Part shown: positions 16,493 to 21,717 of the stretch, one piece after another
How the letters are laid out: each line of letters opens with the position of its first letter
Numbering within the stretch: position 1 is the stretch's first letter
DNA from: Candidatus Thorarchaeota archaeon
GTDB taxonomy: Archaea > Asgardarchaeota > Thorarchaeia > Thorarchaeales > Thorarchaeaceae
Direction: 5' to 3'
NCBI GenBank assembly: GCA_048882325.1
Contig: JBHLRS010000046.1
Coordinates: 4,068-25,784 of the forward strand
DNA length: 21,717 nt
The notes under the pieces: generated by a model
What the model was told of the DNA's origin: nothing
What the model saw: only the letters and a program-made list of their open reading frames with translations
Databases searched by the model: none
Position numbers and translations under genes: made by a program

Positions 16493-17419
16493 TCACCTCT
16501 TGATTTCGTCGAGCATCTTGCATGCCTTGCAGATGGATGATGACGAGGGAGTATTGCATTTTTCACATCGCTGCAGGGTCCATTCAGAGGGACTGTTCAA
16601 AAACGCCTCAGTCATGTCTTCTGCTGATCTTAAGATAGCTAACAATGTGCCAGGTCGCTTATGCTCCATGTCATTCAGAAATACCCTCAGGTCGTTTCGA
16701 TATGCTTCGCCTGCATATGGGCAGGGAACATCATGATAGACCAGATTCATGTGATGCGAGTATGCGACGATGTCCCTCTCTGATATCTCTGTGAGTGGTT
16801 TGATTCGTGGAACCAAACCTTCAATGGATCTACTCCGAGGGACATTTGTTCGTGCTATTCGCCGACTGTCTCCACGCATGACATTCATCAGCACAGTCTG
16901 AGCCTCATCATCGAGGTTGTGACCCGTCGCGATGACATCCGCTTTCAATCGCTCTGCAGCATCATTCATTGCTCGCCGACGGAGGACTCCGCAGTAAGAG
17001 CATGCCCCCAGAGATGTGTCAGTACGCATCTTCACAAGCTCATCCAGTGAGTATCCAAAGAGGCTCTTGAAAGAGATGATCTCAAGAGGAAGACTGAGTG
17101 ATTTTGTAAGCTGTTTTGCAGCCTCGAGCGCTTTGTCCCTATATCCAGTGATTCCCTCATCAATTATCACTGGAATGAGTTTCGACTTGGGAAAGTTACT
17201 CTCTATATTGTGTAGGATGTGGAGTAGGACTGCACTATCTTTTCCACCGGAGATTGCTACAGCTATCCTATCATCCTCTAACAACATCTTCTGGCGATTG
17301 ATTGTCCGGCGAACCCTATCTGTTGTTGTCTGGGCAAGGCATGACTGGCATAGACGTTCAGCTGTGTACCTACGCAGATATACTGCAGGGTTGCCACACT
17401 TTGAACATCCTGACTGCAT
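16493..17419 (-). CDS. ncsA: tRNA 2-thiolation protein, NcsA/TtuA/Ctu1 family
   Basis: N-terminal CSKC...CQSC, PP-loop SGGKDS, CSYCGVLRR, ATGHNLDDEAQ, CPY, C-terminal CEKC...CKAC. Confidence 0.9.
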   Translation of the reverse strand: MQSGCSKCGNPAVYLRRYTAERLCQSCLAQTTTDRVRRTINRQKMLLEDDRIAVAISGGKDSAVLLHILHNIESNFPKSKLIPVIIDEGITGYRDKALEAAKQLTKSLSLPLEIISFKSLFGYSLDELVKMRTDTSLGACSYCGVLRRRAMNDAAERLKADVIATGHNLDDEAQTVLMNVMRGDSRRIARTNVPRSRSIEGLVPRIKPLTEISERDIVAYSHHMNLVYHDVPCPYAGEAYRNDLRVFLNDMEHKRPGTLLAILRSAEDMTEAFLNSPSEWTLQRCEKCNTPSSSSICKACKMLDEIKR

Positions 17420-17517
17420 CTTAGCGACTCCACGTCGCCAATGTCACTGGATACCAAGTTAAAGCTATTTACACGCACAATTTGGTCGTTAGGAATGAGT
17501 GGAAAGGAAGGCTTCAC

Positions 17518-17940
17518 TCATTTCGTCTTCTTTACTTCCGGTTTCTCCTTCTCTTTCAAGTCATCCACAATTTGGACACGTCTAAGTTGGAGTGCAGCTT
17601 TGCTTGTTCGAAAGTTAGCTGCAGACATGATATCATCGACTGTCTTATACCACTCAGCAGGAGAGAGCACGCTGTGAATCTCCTTGAACGTGTCACTCAG
17701 CCGCTCAACACGAGCTAAACACTCGACTCGATCTTCAGAGAGTCGTTGTTCATCAAAGTATAGGAGAGCGTGGCCCTTGAGGGCCTCCCAATCAATATCT
17801 CCATTTGACTGAAGTAATAACCTCACTTTCTCGAGGGGCTCTTTCCAAGAACTAGGTATGAACATTGTAAGGTAGTCTGTAAGTGCTTTCCTAGCTTTTT
17901 CACGCACTTCTTGCTTAGTACCAATCTGATGGGTCATCAT
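17518..17940 (-). CDS. Hypothetical alpha-helical protein (140 aa)
   Basis: Clean ORF co-oriented with both neighbours, with amphipathic helices; no recognised motif. Confidence 0.75.
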   Translation of the reverse strand: MMTHQIGTKQEVREKARKALTDYLTMFIPSSWKEPLEKVRLLLQSNGDIDWEALKGHALLYFDEQRLSEDRVECLARVERLSDTFKEIHSVLSPAEWYKTVDDIMSAANFRTSKAALQLRRVQIVDDLKEKEKPEVKKTK

Positions 17941-18003
17941 CTTTCATCGGACTATCATGCAATATCATGCCTTTTTAGGTCCCACAGAACCGAATAATGG
18001 TGT

Positions 18004-19173
18004 TCAGAACAGTGCTTTGCCGGTGATGAAGCTCAGAATGATGCTCAAGAGAACGATTGCAATAGCAGCTATTCGTACTGGCCACATGATGTACTTGATC
18101 TTCTTCTCTTCCTTGATAACAAGACTCAGACCGTTTGATAACAGCTTGTCGCCATCAAACACGGGGATGGGCAAGAGGTTGAACAGTGCAATGGACATCA
18201 GGATTACGAAAGTCCACTGGATGATGTATTGAAGATGGACCGCAAACATGGGTGTAAAGACAACATTCCATCCGGGTTTTGGTTCCCAATAGTCGGCCCC
18301 GGATATTCCCATGTATCCCTTGGTTTCGTTTTGCACACTTGGCGCCAGTATTATGATTGCACTGCCACCATTCTTTGTATGTATAGTGAGTTCAGAGCCT
18401 GCTGTTGCATCATCCATGAATCTTACGACAGCTGTCCAGTTGGCTATCTCTGTGTCGTTGAGTCCTATGATGACATCCCCAACGTCGAGAGCAGCAGCGG
18501 CAGGACTACCAGGCTGCAAGTTGAATATGTATGCACCATTAGGTGGATAGTATCCAATCGACATCAATGGGTAGAAGTTTGCTAGAATGATAAGAAACAC
18601 AAAGCCCCAAGCTAGGTTAGCGAACGAGCCAGCAGCCAGCATACGCATGCGTGCCTGTGGTGTGGTCTTGTTCTCAAACTCCTCCTCGTCCGGTTCTACA
18701 AAGCCACCGAACAGCACCAAGAAGGCCAACAGTCCTGAGCTCTTGATGGTTATGTCATCCTTGGAGGCTGCGAGTCCATGAGCAAACTCATGGGTGAGCA
18801 GTGTGACAGCCAAGCCAATCAGCATATAGACCAGAGGAAGACCGGAGATAGTGATACCGGGGATTATTGGTACAACACCTCCTGCAGCAGTAGGTTGCAC
18901 AAAGAACTTGATCAGGTTGTCACCAAACAGCCAGAAGCTAAATAACATTCCACCAAAACCCACAACTATACCGATATTGAAGAAAACACGTGGAAACTTC
19001 TTTCCCATCCGGGTGAGAAAAGCATTCAGTCGTTCTGTGCGCCACATGATGAAGAAGGGAAACCCGGCGTCTATGCCCCTCTCACTCAGTTTCTCAACGC
19101 CAATTATCTGCGCGACAGCGTAGATCACAAGCCAGATGATTCCTATGATTCCAAAAACTTGAACCGGATCCAT
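18004..19173 (-). CDS. Site-2 protease (M50) with a PDZ domain
   Basis: HEFAH zinc motif, GGFVEPDE, AAGSFAN, PDZ-like GSPAAAALDVGDVIIGLN, FNLLPIPVFDG. Confidence 0.93.
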   Translation of the reverse strand: MDPVQVFGIIGIIWLVIYAVAQIIGVEKLSERGIDAGFPFFIMWRTERLNAFLTRMGKKFPRVFFNIGIVVGFGGMLFSFWLFGDNLIKFFVQPTAAGGVVPIIPGITISGLPLVYMLIGLAVTLLTHEFAHGLAASKDDITIKSSGLLAFLVLFGGFVEPDEEEFENKTTPQARMRMLAAGSFANLAWGFVFLIILANFYPLMSIGYYPPNGAYIFNLQPGSPAAAALDVGDVIIGLNDTEIANWTAVVRFMDDATAGSELTIHTKNGGSAIIILAPSVQNETKGYMGISGADYWEPKPGWNVVFTPMFAVHLQYIIQWTFVILMSIALFNLLPIPVFDGDKLLSNGLSLVIKEEKKIKYIMWPVRIAAIAIVLLSIILSFITGKALF

Positions 19174-19372
19174 TGACAGTCAATCCTCAGCGTGGGTGGG
19201 TGCAGTGATTGGTACGAGTTATAATGATTATGTACGCGGTATTTGTCCTAAGAACCGCCTATATCACACCCAAGCAGGAGGTCCGACCACAATCCTCATA
19301 AAGTGAGGGAATTTGGCTACCGCTGGTGTCCGAAGGACCCATTACCACTAATCCAGGTAGGCGAAGCGATAA

Positions 19373-19756
19373 TTGCCGTTCAAACTTGTGATATCAGACC
19401 CAGAAACTGGAAAAGCCATCCAGTATGAATTAGATGACGTCAAGACAAATGCTCTCGTTGGAAGGACAGTTGGCGAGATTGTCGAAGGAGATGTATTAGG
19501 ACTGCCCGGATACAAGTTGAAGATCACAGGCGGTAGTGACAGGTCTGGTTTTGCAATTCGACCTGATGTTCATGGTAGTGGTAAGAAACGTGTTCTGATA
19601 CATGGTGCTCCTGGCTTCAGGCCAAAGAGGAAGGGGATAGCTAAACGAAAGACCGTCCGTGGGAGAGAACTGAGCGCCGATATATCCCAGGTAAACATGC
19701 GGGTTGAAGAGAAGGGTGGTACACCCCTCGAAGAGCTTGTAATGAAGGCGGCATAG
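19373..19756 (+). CDS. rps6e: 30S ribosomal protein S6e
   Basis: FKLVISDPETG, LKITGGSDRSGF, RKTVRG, QVN; typical position upstream of aIF2gamma. Confidence 0.95.
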   Translation: MPFKLVISDPETGKAIQYELDDVKTNALVGRTVGEIVEGDVLGLPGYKLKITGGSDRSGFAIRPDVHGSGKKRVLIHGAPGFRPKRKGIAKRKTVRGRELSADISQVNMRVEEKGGTPLEELVMKAA

Positions 19757-19869
19757 ATCTAATCTCTACTCGATCATTGTAATGCTCTTAGTTCGAACCA
19801 TATACTTCATATGGGCAACGGGAAGACACAGACTAACGCCCACACAGAACAGTCGGAAGTGAAGACTAG

Positions 19870-21111
19870 GTGACCAGAAAATACGAAGGACAATCTGAGA
19901 TTAGCATTGGAACGTTGGGGCATGTCGACCATGGCAAGACCACACTTGTTTCCTATCTGACAGGAGAGTGGACTGATCGTCATTCAGACGAAATCAGACG
20001 TGGTATTTCCATCAGACTGGGGTATGCTGCAACTGTTCTTATGAAGTGCAAAAGTTGTCCTGAACCGGAAGCCTATACTACTTCACATTTGGCAAAGGAT
20101 GGCAAGTGTGGAAAATGTGGGGGAGATCTAGAGATTCTTCGAGAGATCTCCTTTGTTGACAGTCCTGGTCACGAATCACTCATGGCAACCTGCCTGAGTG
20201 GAGCTAGCCTCATGGATGGGGCAATTCTTGTTATTGCAGCTAATGAACCCTGTCCAATGCCTCAGACTTCTGAGCATCTTCATGCCTTGGAGATAGTTGG
20301 CGTGAAGAACATCATAATTGTGCAGAACAAAATCGAGCTCGTGAGTAAAGAGCAGGCTAAAGAGCACTATGAGCAGATTAAAGCGTTTGTGAAAGGGACA
20401 GCAGCGGAAGACGCACCTATAGTACCAGTTTCGGCAATCTTCGGAGCAAACGCGGACCTGCTTATTCAGACAATTCAGGAAGTGATTCCAACTCCTGAAC
20501 GAGATGATGATACTCAGCCCAAGATGTTTGTCGCTAGGTCTTTTGATATCAACCGGCCCGGAACGTTGCCGATGGAAATGCAAGGCGGTGTTGTTGGCGG
20601 TTCCATTGTCCAAGGAAAACTAAGTGTTGGTGATGAGATTGAGATTGCACCCGGAGCGAAGGGGGAGAAAGGATTCAAACCAATCAAGGCGAAGGTTGTG
20701 AGTCTCTTATCGGGTAGTGGAAACTCGCTACAAGAAGCGTATCCTGGAGGGCTGATCGGCGTTGGAACTGGACTGGACCCCGCATCAACTCGAGCTGACA
20801 GATTAGTTGGGAATGTTGTTGGTAGAGCGGGCAAGATACCAAAGATCCATGACAAGCTCATGCTGACACCTATTCTCATGCAGAGAGTGGTCGGAACTGA
20901 ATCAAAGAAGGAAGTGGAAAACCTCAGATTGAATGAGCCCATGATGCTAGTGGTTGGAACTGCGCCAACAGTGGGTGTAATCACCAGACTGCATGGGGAT
21001 GAGATAGAACTCACTCTCAAGCGCCCAGTAGTCGCAGAGAGAGGACAAAGGATTGCAATTGGCCGCAGAGTCGAAAACAAGTGGCGATTGATTGGTTATG
21101 CTGAGATTTAA
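19870..21111 (+). CDS. eif2g: Translation initiation factor aIF2 gamma subunit
   Basis: GHVDHGKTT, RGISIRLGYA, zinc knuckle, DSPGHE, QNKIE, RSFDINRPG, WRLIG. Confidence 0.97.
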   Translation: MTRKYEGQSEISIGTLGHVDHGKTTLVSYLTGEWTDRHSDEIRRGISIRLGYAATVLMKCKSCPEPEAYTTSHLAKDGKCGKCGGDLEILREISFVDSPGHESLMATCLSGASLMDGAILVIAANEPCPMPQTSEHLHALEIVGVKNIIIVQNKIELVSKEQAKEHYEQIKAFVKGTAAEDAPIVPVSAIFGANADLLIQTIQEVIPTPERDDDTQPKMFVARSFDINRPGTLPMEMQGGVVGGSIVQGKLSVGDEIEIAPGAKGEKGFKPIKAKVVSLLSGSGNSLQEAYPGGLIGVGTGLDPASTRADRLVGNVVGRAGKIPKIHDKLMLTPILMQRVVGTESKKEVENLRLNEPMMLVVGTAPTVGVITRLHGDEIELTLKRPVVAERGQRIAIGRRVENKWRLIGYAEI

Positions 21112-21156
21112 AGCACAATCCGCAATAGGAACCATCACCTCAAACAGGTGAACACT

Positions 21157-21561
21157 TTGCCACTTCAGGTTATTCTTGATACGAACTTCTTGACGGTCCC
21201 AGTGCAGTTTGGGGTAGATGTTTTTGATGAGGCAGAAAGAGTGCTTGAACGGAGCGTTGAGTTCGTACTCCTGCAGTCTGTCATCGACGAGATTAAATCA
21301 AAGATTGAGAGAGCTCGAAAGACTGAGAGTCGAATGTTCAATGTCGCATTAGATTTGTCCAAGAGGTGTAGAGTGGTTACGGTTGATCAACCTTTGAGAG
21401 ACCTCAAGGTGGATGACCAGCTCTTGGAGCATGCCACATCCGTTGGAGGTGTGTTGGCCACAAATGATCGGGAGCTCAGAGACAAGGCATTAGAACGTGG
21501 TATACCGGTCCTTATGCTTCGAGGTAAGAAACACCTAGAACTCCAAGGTACTATTTTTTGA
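21157..21561 (+). CDS. PIN-domain nuclease, Fcf1/Utp24-like
   Basis: VILDTNFL, VIDE, VDD, LATNDRELR. AGGTGA at 21146-21151 favours TTG 21157 over GTG 21148. Typical context between aIF2gamma and rpoE'. Confidence 0.88.
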   Translation: MPLQVILDTNFLTVPVQFGVDVFDEAERVLERSVEFVLLQSVIDEIKSKIERARKTESRMFNVALDLSKRCRVVTVDQPLRDLKVDDQLLEHATSVGGVLATNDRELRDKALERGIPVLMLRGKKHLELQGTIF

Positions 21562-21691
21562 GACCGTGTCACAACGTTTTTATGTTTTACAAAGCGAGTC
21601 TGCGCTGAGCCGTCGGGTTCAGACCTCGGGTTAGTGCTCGAGTCTGATTGTTCTGATAAGAATTGTCCTGCTAGGCAAGGAGCGTCAATAG

Positions 21692-21717
21692 TTGTACAGT
21701 ATAGTGACAGTAAAAGA
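21692..21717 (+). CDS. rpoE1: Probable 5' end of RNA polymerase subunit E' (Rpo7), truncated by the window edge
   Basis: AAGGAG upstream of TTG; reads MYSIVTVK(D/E), matching the usual MYxxxxxxD start. The gene order S6e-aIF2g-PIN-rpoE' is common in archaea. Only 8 codons are visible. Confidence 0.6.

Overview
Archaeal core-chromosome segment. The gene set (rps30e, rps6e-aIF2gamma-PIN-rpoE', archaeal dnaG, pelota, DUF1512, type II map) together with a membrane histidine kinase suggests an Asgard archaeon, possibly Thorarchaeia; this placement is an inference. The window holds about 22 protein genes and a stand-alone 5S rRNA gene. No CRISPR array, tRNA or mobile element was seen. The most interesting signals lie outside the supplied ORF track: (1) an unannotated 47-aa peptide gene at 1865-2008 made of 16-aa repeats (TLRPGPSETDPEPW), whose two best copies differ only by synonymous substitutions, directly upstream of a 669-aa protein with a C-terminal Lrp/AsnC-like wHTH module; (2) a ~300-nt minus-strand structured RNA at 9933-10231 with three K-turn/K-loop hairpins, each followed by ACA or AGA (H/ACA-like); (3) dnaG, whose conserved N-terminus can only be translated from a non-canonical, probably ATA, start behind a long structured leader; (4) a Lon-type AAA+ ATPase with no protease domain next to pelota, plus tandem methionine aminopeptidase paralogues. 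All RNA folds were done by eye and no database searches were run.
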